From sequence record NZ_CP136150.1: a DNA stretch of 64,000 nt; one strand, 5' to 3'. Source of the stretch: a plasmid. The translations under genes were made by a program, and so were the position numbers. Shown piece by piece: positions 33,847-43,679 of the stretch. Within the stretch, counting starts at the first letter, position 1, and each line of letters starts with the position of its first letter. The notes beneath the pieces were generated by a model. It ran no database searches, had not been told where the DNA came from, and saw only the letters and a list, made by a program, of their open reading frames with translations.

Positions 33847-34135
33847 CGCCGCCAGACGGCGACCGCCAGCGCCCGTCCCGTGACAGGCCGGACGCGGCAC
33901 ACTGGCAGCGGGTGGCAGTCAGCATCAGGTGTGCAGGAATGGCCGGGGTGACAACAGGAGCTGAAGGGAAACACCAGAGGAGGACAGATGACATACCAAC
34001 AGTTCTGCGTTGCTCCTCCACAGGGTTATTAACTGATTCTGTGGATAACCTGACATCTGTTTTTCCAGGCAGAACAGTTATCTGAGGGGAAACAGTAAAA
34101 TTTCACTTGCAGGACAGAAAATATCTTAAATAATG

Positions 34136-34151
34136 CTGTATATAAAAACAG
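34136..34151. promoter_or_regulatory. LexA (SOS) box upstream of samAB
   Basis: CTGTATATAAAAACAG fits the CTGT-N8-ACAG consensus, 20 bp upstream of samA. Confidence 0.65.
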
Positions 34152-34170
34152 GTATTTTAAGAGGTATGCC

Positions 34171-34593
34171 ATGTTACTGCTTGTAGCACCCGAACAGGAG
34201 CCGGTACAGTCCACTGCCCCGCTGTTCACCGAACGTTGCCCGGCGGGGTTTCCGTCGCCGGCCGCCGATTACACGGAGGAGGAACTGGATCTGAATGCCT
34301 ACTGTATACGGCGTCCGGCTGCAACATTCTTCGTCAGGGCTATCGGGGATTCGATGAAAGAAATGGGTCTGCATTCCGGCGATTTAATGGTTGTCGACAA
34401 AGCTGAGAACCCCATGCAGGGGGATATTGTCATCGCGGAAACAGATGGCGAGTTCACCGTTAAGCGCCTGCAGTTGAAGCCCCGTATCGCCCTGCTGCCG
34501 ATGAATCCGGCCTACCCCACGCTTTATCCGGAAGAACTGCAGATTTTCGGGGTGGTGACGGCTTTTATACACAAAACCCGGAGCACAGACTGA
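34171..34593 (+). CDS. samA: UmuD-like translesion synthesis subunit
   Basis: LexA/UmuD-type self-cleaving peptidase fold (...GDSMKEMGLHSGDLMVVDKA...); cleavage site region CIRR. Confidence 0.85.
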   Translation: MLLLVAPEQEPVQSTAPLFTERCPAGFPSPAADYTEEELDLNAYCIRRPAATFFVRAIGDSMKEMGLHSGDLMVVDKAENPMQGDIVIAETDGEFTVKRLQLKPRIALLPMNPAYPTLYPEELQIFGVVTAFIHKTRSTD

Positions 34594-35867
34594 TGTTCGC
34601 TTTGGCTGACGTCAACTCGTTCTATGCCAGTTGCGAAAAGGTCTTTCGCCCCGATTTGCGTGACAGGTCTGTGGTGGTCCTGAGTAACAACGATGGTTGT
34701 GTAATCGCGCGCAGCGCTGAAGCAAAAAAACTGGGCATAAAAATGGGGGTGCCGTGGTTTCAACTGAGGTCGGCGAAATTTCCGGAGCCGGTTATCGCGT
34801 TCTCCAGTAATTACGCCCTCTACGCATCAATGTCGAACAGGGTCATGGTTCACCTGGAAGAGCTGGCGCCACGCGTTGAGCAGTACTCCATTGACGAGAT
34901 GTTTCTGGATATTCGCGGTATAGACAGTTGCATCGATTTCGAGGATTTCGGCCGACAGCTGCGTGAGCACGTTCGTTCCGGCACAGGGCTGACCATCGGC
35001 GTCGGAATGGGACCGACCAAAACGCTGGCTAAAAGCGCGCAATGGGCATCGAAAGAATGGTCACAGTTCGGAGGCGTGCTTGCCCTGACGTTACACAATC
35101 AGAAACGAACGGAGAAACTGCTGTCACTGCAACCGGTGGAGGAAATCTGGGGTGTGGGCCGCAGGATCTCAAAGAAGCTGAACACAATGGGGATCACCAC
35201 AGCACTGCAGCTGGCCCGCGCGAATCCAACGTTCATCAGGAAAAACTTTAATGTGGTTCTGGAGAGAACGGTCCGGGAACTCAATGGAGAAAGCTGTATT
35301 TCCCTGGAGGAAGCACCGCCCCCCAAACAGCAGATAGTCTGCAGCAGAAGCTTTGGAGAACGAGTCACGACTTATGAAGCGATGCGGCAGGCAGTCTGTC
35401 AGCACGCTGAACGTGCCGCCGAAAAGCTGCGTGGGGAACGGCAGTTCTGCAGGCATATTGCCGTGTTTGTGAAAACATCGCCGTTCGCCGTAACTGAGCC
35501 CTACTACGGTAATCTGGCCAGTGAAAAACTGCTCATCCCCACGCAGGATACACGGGACATCATTGCCGCTGCCGTCAGAGCTCTGGACAGGATCTGGGTG
35601 GATGGTCACCGTTACGCAAAGGCAGGCTGTATGCTGAACGATTTCACGCAAACCGGGGTATCGCAGCTTAATTTATTTGATGAAGTACAGCCGCGGGAAC
35701 GGAGCGAGCAGCTGATGCAAGTCCTGGATGGGATTAACCATCCGGGCAAGGGGAAAATATGGTTCGCCGGTCGGGGGATTGCCCCCGAGTGGCAGATGAA
35801 AAGGGAACTACTTTCGCCAGCTTATACGACACGTTGGGCAGATATTCCTGCAGCGAAATTGACTTGA
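34593..35867 (+). CDS. samB: UmuC-like Y-family DNA polymerase
   Basis: MFALADVNSFYASCEKVFRPDLRDRSVVVLSNNDGCVIARS... matches the UmuC/MucB N-terminus; 424 aa. Confidence 0.9.
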   Translation: MFALADVNSFYASCEKVFRPDLRDRSVVVLSNNDGCVIARSAEAKKLGIKMGVPWFQLRSAKFPEPVIAFSSNYALYASMSNRVMVHLEELAPRVEQYSIDEMFLDIRGIDSCIDFEDFGRQLREHVRSGTGLTIGVGMGPTKTLAKSAQWASKEWSQFGGVLALTLHNQKRTEKLLSLQPVEEIWGVGRRISKKLNTMGITTALQLARANPTFIRKNFNVVLERTVRELNGESCISLEEAPPPKQQIVCSRSFGERVTTYEAMRQAVCQHAERAAEKLRGERQFCRHIAVFVKTSPFAVTEPYYGNLASEKLLIPTQDTRDIIAAAVRALDRIWVDGHRYAKAGCMLNDFTQTGVSQLNLFDEVQPRERSEQLMQVLDGINHPGKGKIWFAGRGIAPEWQMKRELLSPAYTTRWADIPAAKLT

Positions 35868-35948
35868 AATTGTGGCGATTTCACCTTGAAATTCTCAATA
35901 TAAATTACTTAATTACAATAAGTTAGATGTGAAATCGCCGTGGCGAAA
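35868..35948. other. parS: parS centromere with inverted GCGATTTCAC / GTGAAATCGC heptamer boxes
   Basis: P1-type BoxA ATTTCAC motifs immediately downstream of parB. Confidence 0.6.
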
Positions 35949-36926
35949 TTATTGACTCAAATTTCTCTCAAGGACCTCGTTGATAGCTTTGTCCAGTTCA
36001 TCCTGAACCACTTTTGACATACGGCTAAACTCATAAGTCAGCGTACGCCCTTTCACACGCTTGCGCGCGAACTTGTCCTTTTCTTCAAAGGTCCAGAGTG
36101 CGGAAATTACTGACTTTTCCTTAGGAGGCGGAGCTATCAATGCCTGAGAGGCCTGAGAAATCAATTTCAGTATACTGGCTTTCTGTTCGTCGTCTGGTCG
36201 CTCGTAGTCACTCAAAATTGCATCATGCTGATCTGAGACAGACTGAATGAGCCCTTCAGACGTTAAACCCTTTTCACTGAGTTTTTCATTAACCTCTAAC
36301 AGAATTTTATAGTCACTAAACGACAGCTCAGACTGAACCGGGAACAGAGAAATCAATTCTTGCGGTACTGCTGCCGCCTGCAGTGCCCTGGTGACCTTAG
36401 CCTGGGATAACCCCTCCAGTTCAGCAATTTCCTTTTGATTGAATCCAGACTCTTTCAGAGCCATCAATCTTAAGCCGATCTCCCGAAGGTTATGCTCTTT
36501 AGCTGTCTGGACATCTTTAGCCAGATGGCGAGCTTCATCAGCTGATAAACGTTCATTGGTAACCATTACATCAAGGCCTGTACGGATATAAATCGCTGAG
36601 GCTCGCCGTCTTGAACCATCCAGTATCTCAATCCTTTCACCTTGCTGAATGCCAATACAGGGGAAGAACTGCTGAAACTTAATCGTCTGGATAATAGATT
36701 TCAGGGACTCCCTGGTCAGAGCAAGTTGATCTCTTCCGTTGGTTTCCTGGTTTACGAATGTCTTACTTTCAACGTCCGATGCAGGTACCCGAACAAACCT
36801 GAACGTTATCTTCCTGCCGGTTTTTAGGGTAAATACCTGACTTCTTTGGGTGTCAGTCATCTCAACCATTGACGCCTGGGTATTTAACTGTCTGCCAATA
36901 GTTTTTCTTCTCTCATTCGACATCAC
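35949..36926 (-). CDS. parB: ParB partition protein
   Basis: 325 aa; ParB N-terminal domain and helix-turn-helix; overlaps the parA stop. Confidence 0.85.
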   Translation of the reverse strand: MMSNERRKTIGRQLNTQASMVEMTDTQRSQVFTLKTGRKITFRFVRVPASDVESKTFVNQETNGRDQLALTRESLKSIIQTIKFQQFFPCIGIQQGERIEILDGSRRRASAIYIRTGLDVMVTNERLSADEARHLAKDVQTAKEHNLREIGLRLMALKESGFNQKEIAELEGLSQAKVTRALQAAAVPQELISLFPVQSELSFSDYKILLEVNEKLSEKGLTSEGLIQSVSDQHDAILSDYERPDDEQKASILKLISQASQALIAPPPKEKSVISALWTFEEKDKFARKRVKGRTLTYEFSRMSKVVQDELDKAINEVLERNLSQ

Positions 36927-38128
36927 ATACCTCCGTTAGTACGAATGAACTCAATGCGATCAAATACGGCCTTCGCAAAGTCTTCCGCTGCTGATTTTGC
37001 GCTTTTAAGCGCCTCGGTGCTTCCATCATAGGTTGCTGGATTTGCGGAAATAACTGTGTCAAAAGTCTCCCCGCATCGCTCGAAGCCATCCAGCCTCGGC
37101 AGAACCATGTCGAGCATATCGGCACCGAATACTTCTTTGGCCTGACTATGGCAAATTTTGTGATCAGACTTGTTCAGGATTTTGGACATAAAACCTACAT
37201 TTCCGATGAGATTGCAGGTGTGTCCATCCTGTTCGATCGAATCAATAAGCGCAGGAAGGCTGGCTACAAACTTCAGGGAAGAATGAAAATCAACCGTTGC
37301 CGGAGGAAGTGGAGTCAACATCAGGTCTGCCGCTCCGATGCAGTTTTTCAGGAACGCATCGAGGTGAGGACCACTATCAAGGAAGATAAAGTCGTAGTCA
37401 TACCGGAGCTTGTCGATAATGTTCTCTTTAAGCACTGCATGAATATTTTGCCCAGGCAGATGTTCCTCACACAATCCCTTCCAGCCTTCAGCAAGGAATG
37501 CATCGTCAATGGAAGCGGGAATAACATCAACGCCCGGGATAATTGACGACACGATGAAATCGGAAAGTAATTCTTCACGAGACACGTTCTGGAGCATGGC
37601 CTGAGCAGCCGTATTTTCAACCAGGCCCACTGAATTCTCATGGCTCAGGAACATTGTCAGAGATGCCTGCGGATCGAAATCGATGGCCAGGATACGCAGG
37701 TCTTCGAACAGAAGCTGAGGATGAGCCCGAAAGGCATGGGATAATGAAGCGGTAGAAACTGTCTTGGAACCGCCACCTTTAAGGTTACATACAAATATAG
37801 TGAACGCTTTATCGAAGCGATCTCTGTACTTGGGCACTTTACGATGGAAATACAGATCGATGACGTTCTGAATCGTCATCGCGTACTTCATCGTATTGCC
37901 GGAAGGTTTCTTTTTAAAAATATAGCCACTGGCTTCCATTTCGGCCACAGCATACTCAACACTCCCTTTGCTTAGCTTAGGCAGCTTATATAGGGCGGCT
38001 TTGCTGTATTCCTGATAGAACTCGGTAAGCTTCAATTCCTCTTTTTGCTGGCGGATACTTTCGCTCAAGGATGTCAGAAGTTTACCTGCACGTGTGGCGA
38101 CTTTCCGTAACTGCTCAATATTTTCCAT
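36923..38128 (-). CDS. parA: ParA partition ATPase (type Ia, P1/F SopA-like)
   Basis: Deviant Walker A KGGGSKT; 401 aa with an N-terminal DNA-binding extension. Confidence 0.9.
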   Translation of the reverse strand: MENIEQLRKVATRAGKLLTSLSESIRQQKEELKLTEFYQEYSKAALYKLPKLSKGSVEYAVAEMEASGYIFKKKPSGNTMKYAMTIQNVIDLYFHRKVPKYRDRFDKAFTIFVCNLKGGGSKTVSTASLSHAFRAHPQLLFEDLRILAIDFDPQASLTMFLSHENSVGLVENTAAQAMLQNVSREELLSDFIVSSIIPGVDVIPASIDDAFLAEGWKGLCEEHLPGQNIHAVLKENIIDKLRYDYDFIFLDSGPHLDAFLKNCIGAADLMLTPLPPATVDFHSSLKFVASLPALIDSIEQDGHTCNLIGNVGFMSKILNKSDHKICHSQAKEVFGADMLDMVLPRLDGFERCGETFDTVISANPATYDGSTEALKSAKSAAEDFAKAVFDRIEFIRTNGGM

Positions 38129-38542
38129 TTATCACCTCATGATGTTTTTTGTCATTTTTAACAAAAAGAATCATGTTGCAAGAAATAAATCATAATATTT
38201 TGATTTTGCTCTCACAGGGGGCACCGAAGATTAAATGGAGAAGAGGGCACTACATCCACAATCATTTTGTTGACCCACAGCGCAAACCGTGAGTCTGTTC
38301 AGATCTTGCATCTGAGCAGGCGAAGGGTTGGACAAGCCCAAAGGGCGCGTCAGCCTGTCACATTGGGGTATAGTTCAGCAGTACCTGTTTCTGCCAGGAC
38401 ATGGATATCTCCGGGCAAGCAAGCTGATGATTAAAAAAGAAAGAGGGGACAACCCCTGAAGGAATTGCAATTCCGTTCCTCGCAATGTCAGCATTTTTTG
38501 CCTGTGATACTATGACCGGGTCATTTTTCAGAGCATGGACTG

Positions 38543-39484
38543 ATGAAAAAGAAAAACACTACGCCGACTCCCCACGACGCGACATTCCGGCAGTTTCTGA
38601 CACAACCTGACATTGCCCGGGATTTTATGGAGCTGCATCTGCCGGCAGAGCTGCGTGCCATCTGCGATCTCAGTACACTGAAACTGGAATCAGGCTCGTT
38701 TGTTGAGGATGACCTCCGCCAGTATTTCAGCGACGTCCTCTACAGCCTGAAAACCACAGCCGGCGACGGATATATTCATGTCCTGGTTGAACACCAGTCA
38801 ACACCTGACAAACATATGGCTTTCCGCCTGATACGCTATGCGGTGGCCGCCATGCAGCGCCACCTGGAGGCAGGGCATAAAAAATTGCCACTGGTGATAC
38901 CAGTGCTGTTCTATACGGGGAAACGCAGCCCGTATCCGTACTCCACCCGCTGGCTGGACGAATTTGACGATACGGCGCTGGCAGGCAAACTCTACAGCAG
39001 CGCTTTCCCGCTGGTAGACGTTACGGTCATTCCGGATGATGAAATCGCCGGCCACCGTAGCATGGCCGCCCTGACTTTATTGCAGAAACATATTCATCAG
39101 CGGGACCTGGCAGAACTGGTTGACCGGCTGGCGCCCATTTTGCTGGCCGGATATCTGTCTTCATCGCAGGTAATATCGCTGGTACACTATATAGTGCAGG
39201 CAGGCGAAACATCCGACGCCGAAGCCTTTGTACGCGAACTGGCACAGCGTGTGCCGCAACACGGAGACGCACTTATGACCATCGCACAACAGCTCGAACA
39301 GAAGGGCATCGAGAAGGGGATTCAGCTCGGTGAACAACGTGGTATTGAAAAAGGCCGTTCAGAAGGGGAGCGCGAAGCGACTCTGAAAATAGCCCGTACC
39401 ATGCTCCAGAACGGCATTGACCGCAATACCGTCATGAAAATGACCGGTCTGACTGAAGACGACCTGGCGCAGATCCGCCACTAA
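38543..39484 (+). CDS. Rpn/YhgA-family recombination-promoting nuclease (PDDEXK, transposase_31)
   Basis: N-terminal PHDATFRQFLTQPDIARDFMELHLP...VLVEHQSTPD plus C-terminal repeated GIEKG motifs typical of Rpn proteins. Confidence 0.75.
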   Translation: MKKKNTTPTPHDATFRQFLTQPDIARDFMELHLPAELRAICDLSTLKLESGSFVEDDLRQYFSDVLYSLKTTAGDGYIHVLVEHQSTPDKHMAFRLIRYAVAAMQRHLEAGHKKLPLVIPVLFYTGKRSPYPYSTRWLDEFDDTALAGKLYSSAFPLVDVTVIPDDEIAGHRSMAALTLLQKHIHQRDLAELVDRLAPILLAGYLSSSQVISLVHYIVQAGETSDAEAFVRELAQRVPQHGDALMTIAQQLEQKGIEKGIQLGEQRGIEKGRSEGEREATLKIARTMLQNGIDRNTVMKMTGLTEDDLAQIRH

Positions 39485-40086
39485 TCCCCCTTTTCTGGCA
39501 CTCCCTGCCCGGCCATCAGCGAATACTGGTGGGGCAGGGAGGCATCAGGCTCTGCCAGCCAGCCACAGCGATCAAACAGCTTCATTACCCCCGCTACGTT
39601 CCCTGTCAAACGTGCTGTCAGCGAATTTATCTGTCGGCCGCTGTCGTTAAAACCGACATCGAGTTTGGCCTGTGAGAGATAAATGCCGTTCACGCCTGCA
39701 CTGAGCGCCACAGCATTCCGGCCGGACCATTCCCGATCGCTCAGCAGACGGTAGTTCCAGTGCATATCTTTCGCTGTTTCCAGAGCATACGTCAGCCGGA
39801 ACAGGTCGTTCTGCTCGGACAACTCACCGGTGCATGAACGCCAGAGGTAATTCAGCTTGCTGGCCAGCTTGGCGCTGACGCCCATCTGACGTCCCTGTTT
39901 CAAAAGCCACTCGATATCGGGCGTCACATCACGAGAAAAACGCCGTTGCTTCAGCGCAGTCGCCAGCCAGCGGGTGAGAAAGAGGTTTTCCTGTGCCGGC
40001 GAGAGAACGCCACCATCCTGCCTGGCCAGCGCAAGCGCCACCAGGGCACACCACGCCAGATGACCTGATTTTTCTGTCAATGTCAC
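39481..40086 (-). CDS. Hypothetical protein
   Basis: 201-aa ORF convergent with and overlapping the Rpn gene stop. Confidence 0.4.
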   Translation of the reverse strand: MTLTEKSGHLAWCALVALALARQDGGVLSPAQENLFLTRWLATALKQRRFSRDVTPDIEWLLKQGRQMGVSAKLASKLNYLWRSCTGELSEQNDLFRLTYALETAKDMHWNYRLLSDREWSGRNAVALSAGVNGIYLSQAKLDVGFNDSGRQINSLTARLTGNVAGVMKLFDRCGWLAEPDASLPHQYSLMAGQGVPEKGD

Positions 40087-40142
40087 GGCTTCTCCCGCAA
40101 GTCAGAAAAATGATGTAATTCATCAGGCATAATCAGCACACG

Positions 40143-40559
40143 TCAGCCCGTCTTACGGAGAAACATTCGCCGCATCTCACGCGTCAGCTGCTTCTTCTCC
40201 CATCCGTAAGGGAAAATAATGCTGTAGTCCCTCCTCTCAGGGAGGATATCAGGGCCCGCGACGATTCGCGCCACCTCCTTATTCAGGCGTTCTCCTCGCC
40301 AGCCATAAGCCGCCAGTCGCTTACGGATACGTGCAACGGGAAAACGTTTATCGGAGTGACGGGGGAAGAGTAACGTCCCGTCCTCATTTCGTTTGACACC
40401 AAACATATCCAGAGACTGTTCGATCACCACTGTTCGAACGGGGAAATGCTCACGCATAGTTTTCAACATATTCTCCATTTCAGACTCCTGAATTAATCCC
40501 TGCAACTGTCTGACCAGCCAGAGAGCAGCGTTATGCTGGCTCACTCCCTGCGTCATCAT
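40143..40559 (-). CDS. Hypothetical protein, possibly the downstream part of a disrupted DEDD exonuclease gene
   Basis: HNAAL motif near its N-terminus, about 100 codons after the Exo I motif of the upstream ORF. Confidence 0.3.
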   Translation of the reverse strand: MMTQGVSQHNAALWLVRQLQGLIQESEMENMLKTMREHFPVRTVVIEQSLDMFGVKRNEDGTLLFPRHSDKRFPVARIRKRLAAYGWRGERLNKEVARIVAGPDILPERRDYSIIFPYGWEKKQLTREMRRMFLRKTG

Positions 40560-40661
40560 TCATTTCACACTGGAGTTCATGCCAGTATCCGGCAATATTG
40601 TTTACCACCTGTGCTGTCATAACGGCGTCAGTGACGGCGGAATGAGCCACCCCGATCCAGC

Positions 40662-41180
40662 TCAGGCCAGCCTGACTGACAGCACCGGAAAGCGATATGG
40701 TTCCGTAACGATTTGTACTGCAGCTGCTGCCGGATCGATGCCGACTGTGGGTTTCAGGCGGGTCTCAAATATCCTCTCACCGCGGGCATTCACCAGACCG
40801 ATTTCCAGCGCCTGCGCGCCGGCATCAAGTCCGGTCGTTTCGGTATCGAGGAAGACGGGGCCCAGTGCTAACCAGGTATGTGCCAGCATGGCGAACCTGC
40901 CACGCTCACTCTTCATCCGGGCCTGCAGGCCCAGACGTGTGCTGGCCAGCCGCTGTTTTTCTGTCTGAGGGCGTTTCGCCCGCATCGGGACGCAGTCAGC
41001 CAGCCGCCATACGCCGTATTTCCCGCCGTAAGGACTTTTGTACATTCTGACCGGTTCCGCACCAGGGGCTGGCTTCATCCTGAACTCATCCCGAAGCCGC
41101 CCTTTGGTGTAGCATTTATCCTCCGCCCGGGGCGCTTCATCACAGGAGTCTGAATTGTCATCATCACGCATTCTGGCCAC
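40662..41180 (-). pseudogene. DnaQ-like 3'-5' exonuclease N-terminal fragment with the Exo I motif only
   Basis: FLDTETTGLD motif at residues ~110-120; the ORF ends about 60 aa later, with no Exo II or Exo III in frame. Confidence 0.5.
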
Positions 41181-42279
41181 CGGTCTGTTTATTGCCTGAA
41201 AGCGCCGCCATCAGTGACTGGTTCTGACGCTTCAGGGCTTCAGCCTCACCACGCAGTGCCGCGACCGTTTCTTTCTCCCCCATCGTCTCCAGACGGGCAT
41301 CATCACGCTGGTTTTCCAGCTGTGTGCAACGATCTGTCAGACTGGCTATTTCACTGCCCATACGCACCAGTTGCTCCGAGGAGGCCTTTTCCTGCGATTC
41401 CAGCCTTGCGGTGAGGCTGCTGACTCTGTCACGTTCAAGTGCAATCTCACCGGCGCGCGCCTGCGTGTCAGCGATGGCCTGCTCGAGGCGTTGCTGCAGC
41501 GTTTCGCGGGTGGCCAGATGCTGCTGACGTTCTGAGGCCAGCGCATTTTCCTGCGATTCAAGGCGGGCAAGGAGAGTATTGACTTTATCGCGTTCAGACT
41601 TCAGTTCTTCTGTACGCGCATTAGCTTCGGCAGAAATTTGCTCCAGTCGTTTCTGCAGGTCTTCCCGCGTGTTTTTGTGCTGTGCCTGCTCCGCATTAAG
41701 CGCATCCTGCAGCACTGTCTTCTGCTCCTGATACCGTTCCTCTCGCTGACGGGTATTCTCTTCAGCGGCCGCAAGACGCTCTTTCAGCTGGGCCATCTCC
41801 ACATCATGCTGCTGACGCAGTGAACGTTCTGACTCCAGCGCCAGCGTCAAACTGTCATATCTGTCCTGCAGTTCATCCAGTTTTTCTTCCAGGTCGTCGA
41901 CTGTCTGCGCGGCGTCGGCCAGCTCCCGCTCTGCCTGTGCGGTCTGTTCACCGGCAGCACGCGTGACTTCCGCAACCCGGCGTTCTGCAGCCCGGACCGC
42001 CTTGTCATTCAGTTCTGTCGCCAGCTGGGTGATGCGTTCGGACAGCGCGGCGGAGACGGCCTTCACTTCTTCAGCCACTTCCACTGGCAGCTCGGCAACG
42101 GGTTCAGTGACGACCGTGCTCTGTGAAGCCTGGTATTCGTCCCATATCTGGCGGAGACGTGTCGGATTGCCGCCACCCACCTGGTTACGTAGTGCGAACC
42201 CGGTGATATTCCGTCCTTCAGCCTGCAGGGCCAGCCCTGCTTCAATAATCTGTTCTGGTTCGTATGTCGCCGGACGCAT
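41164..42279 (-). CDS. tlpA: TlpA coiled-coil thermosensing autorepressor
   Basis: 371 aa, almost entirely heptad-repeat coiled coil (repeated LARLESQE, LQQRLEQ); N-terminal DNA-binding region. Confidence 0.9.
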   Translation of the reverse strand: MRPATYEPEQIIEAGLALQAEGRNITGFALRNQVGGGNPTRLRQIWDEYQASQSTVVTEPVAELPVEVAEEVKAVSAALSERITQLATELNDKAVRAAERRVAEVTRAAGEQTAQAERELADAAQTVDDLEEKLDELQDRYDSLTLALESERSLRQQHDVEMAQLKERLAAAEENTRQREERYQEQKTVLQDALNAEQAQHKNTREDLQKRLEQISAEANARTEELKSERDKVNTLLARLESQENALASERQQHLATRETLQQRLEQAIADTQARAGEIALERDRVSSLTARLESQEKASSEQLVRMGSEIASLTDRCTQLENQRDDARLETMGEKETVAALRGEAEALKRQNQSLMAALSGNKQTGGQNA

Positions 42280-42491
42280 CTGTCAGTCTCCGCATAAAGG
42301 GTATGCTTATATTATACACAAACAAACTAACAAATAAACTAACTAACAAACAAATTAAAGACGTGACAGGGTAGCGAAAAAGGGCACCAGGACAGCGCAC
42401 CGCCGGTCGAATTGCTGGCACAGCATGTCCGGAGCCCGGGCGGGATGCACCACAGGTACGATGCACGCCACTCTCCTTGCCAGGTACTGGT

Positions 42492-42525
42492 GTTAATGCT
42501 AATGTACGCATACGTTAGCATTAAC
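42492..42525. repeat. 34-bp near-perfect palindrome, site 1
   Basis: GTTAATGCTAATGTACGCATACGTTAGCATTAAC. Confidence 0.85.
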
Positions 42526-42536
42526 CAGAGACAGAC

Positions 42537-43025
42537 ATGCCGCAGGATGAATCAGTCGTCAAACGGGCCAGGGAATACTTTTTCCGCCACCACCGGTATA
42601 CAGAGGAAGACCTGGAATCCGACTACCAGGCAGAACTGCGTAACTACAGGGATGACACCTGGGAAGCACCACAACGGGCAGCCAGACTCAGTGCGGCCGT
42701 CAAGCGCTACAAAACGTATGAGATGCTGTACTTCTTCTTCCAGATCGCTGATGAGGCCGGGCTGGACTATACTCCGCTGGTTGTAAAGCGCCTGTGCGCT
42801 CATCTTTTCGACAGGCAGGGCAGCCAGAATATTATTGTTGATATCTTTGGCCAGAAGGGACGCATGCACCGCAGCCATGACAGTGATCCTGACATTATTG
42901 CTGCCGTTGCCGAACGCTACCGGCAGCAGGCAGAGGACCACTGGCAGACAGTTCTGAAGAATATCGGGAGAGTGAAGCAGGACTACCAGAAAAATCAGAA
43001 CAGACAGAAAGGCGCAGGGGATTAA
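42537..43025 (+). CDS. Hypothetical 162-aa protein bracketed by the palindromes
   Basis: ORF with reasonable codon usage; no recognisable domain. Confidence 0.5.
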   Translation: MPQDESVVKRAREYFFRHHRYTEEDLESDYQAELRNYRDDTWEAPQRAARLSAAVKRYKTYEMLYFFFQIADEAGLDYTPLVVKRLCAHLFDRQGSQNIIVDIFGQKGRMHRSHDSDPDIIAAVAERYRQQAEDHWQTVLKNIGRVKQDYQKNQNRQKGAGD

Positions 43026-43032
43026 ATGCATG

Positions 43033-43066
43033 ATTAATGCTAATGTATGCGTACATTAGCATTAAT
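43033..43066. repeat. 34-bp near-perfect palindrome, site 2; it is the reverse complement of site 1
   Basis: ATTAATGCTAATGTATGCGTACATTAGCATTAAT. Confidence 0.85.
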
Positions 43067-43679
43067 CACATAAGTCAGTGAAAATAAATCAGGCTTATTC
43101 AACGTTGCGAAGGTTCTTTGGCCAGTTGCTGGAGCTACTTCCCGAAATCAGGAAAGCCTGCGGCTGAAAGTACATCAGCAACAGCACTGGCTCTGGGATG
43201 GCCACGTTCAAGCCAGACCAGACTGAGAGCCACACCTGATTTCTCCGTATCATAACTGTGACGCGACAACCGGAATTACCAAACGGACACTCAAAGAATG
43301 AGATGAACGCTCCAGACTTATGAAGTTCGGAACACACAGAGTTCCTAGTTGTAGCGGCTCGCAATCGAAATCCCCCCGACTCGCAATCAGCGCAAATTTC
43401 GGCTCACATTAACTGCAAATGAAAAATGCCACCGGCTCACATTAAGTGACAATGGGCTCGCATTTATCCTGCCCGGCTCGCAATCCATTCCACCGGGCTC
43501 ACAATAACTGCAAGTCAACTTCGTCATATCGGCAAACCGACTGCCAGCATTCTATTTTCCAGTTCGACTGGTCTCAGATATTTATTCATACTGGTTAAAA
43601 ATTGTCGTTTTGGTTTGATTAACGTTTACCTACGTATAATCGCAGCAATTGGAGTTAACTCAGTAAATAGGAGCAAATA

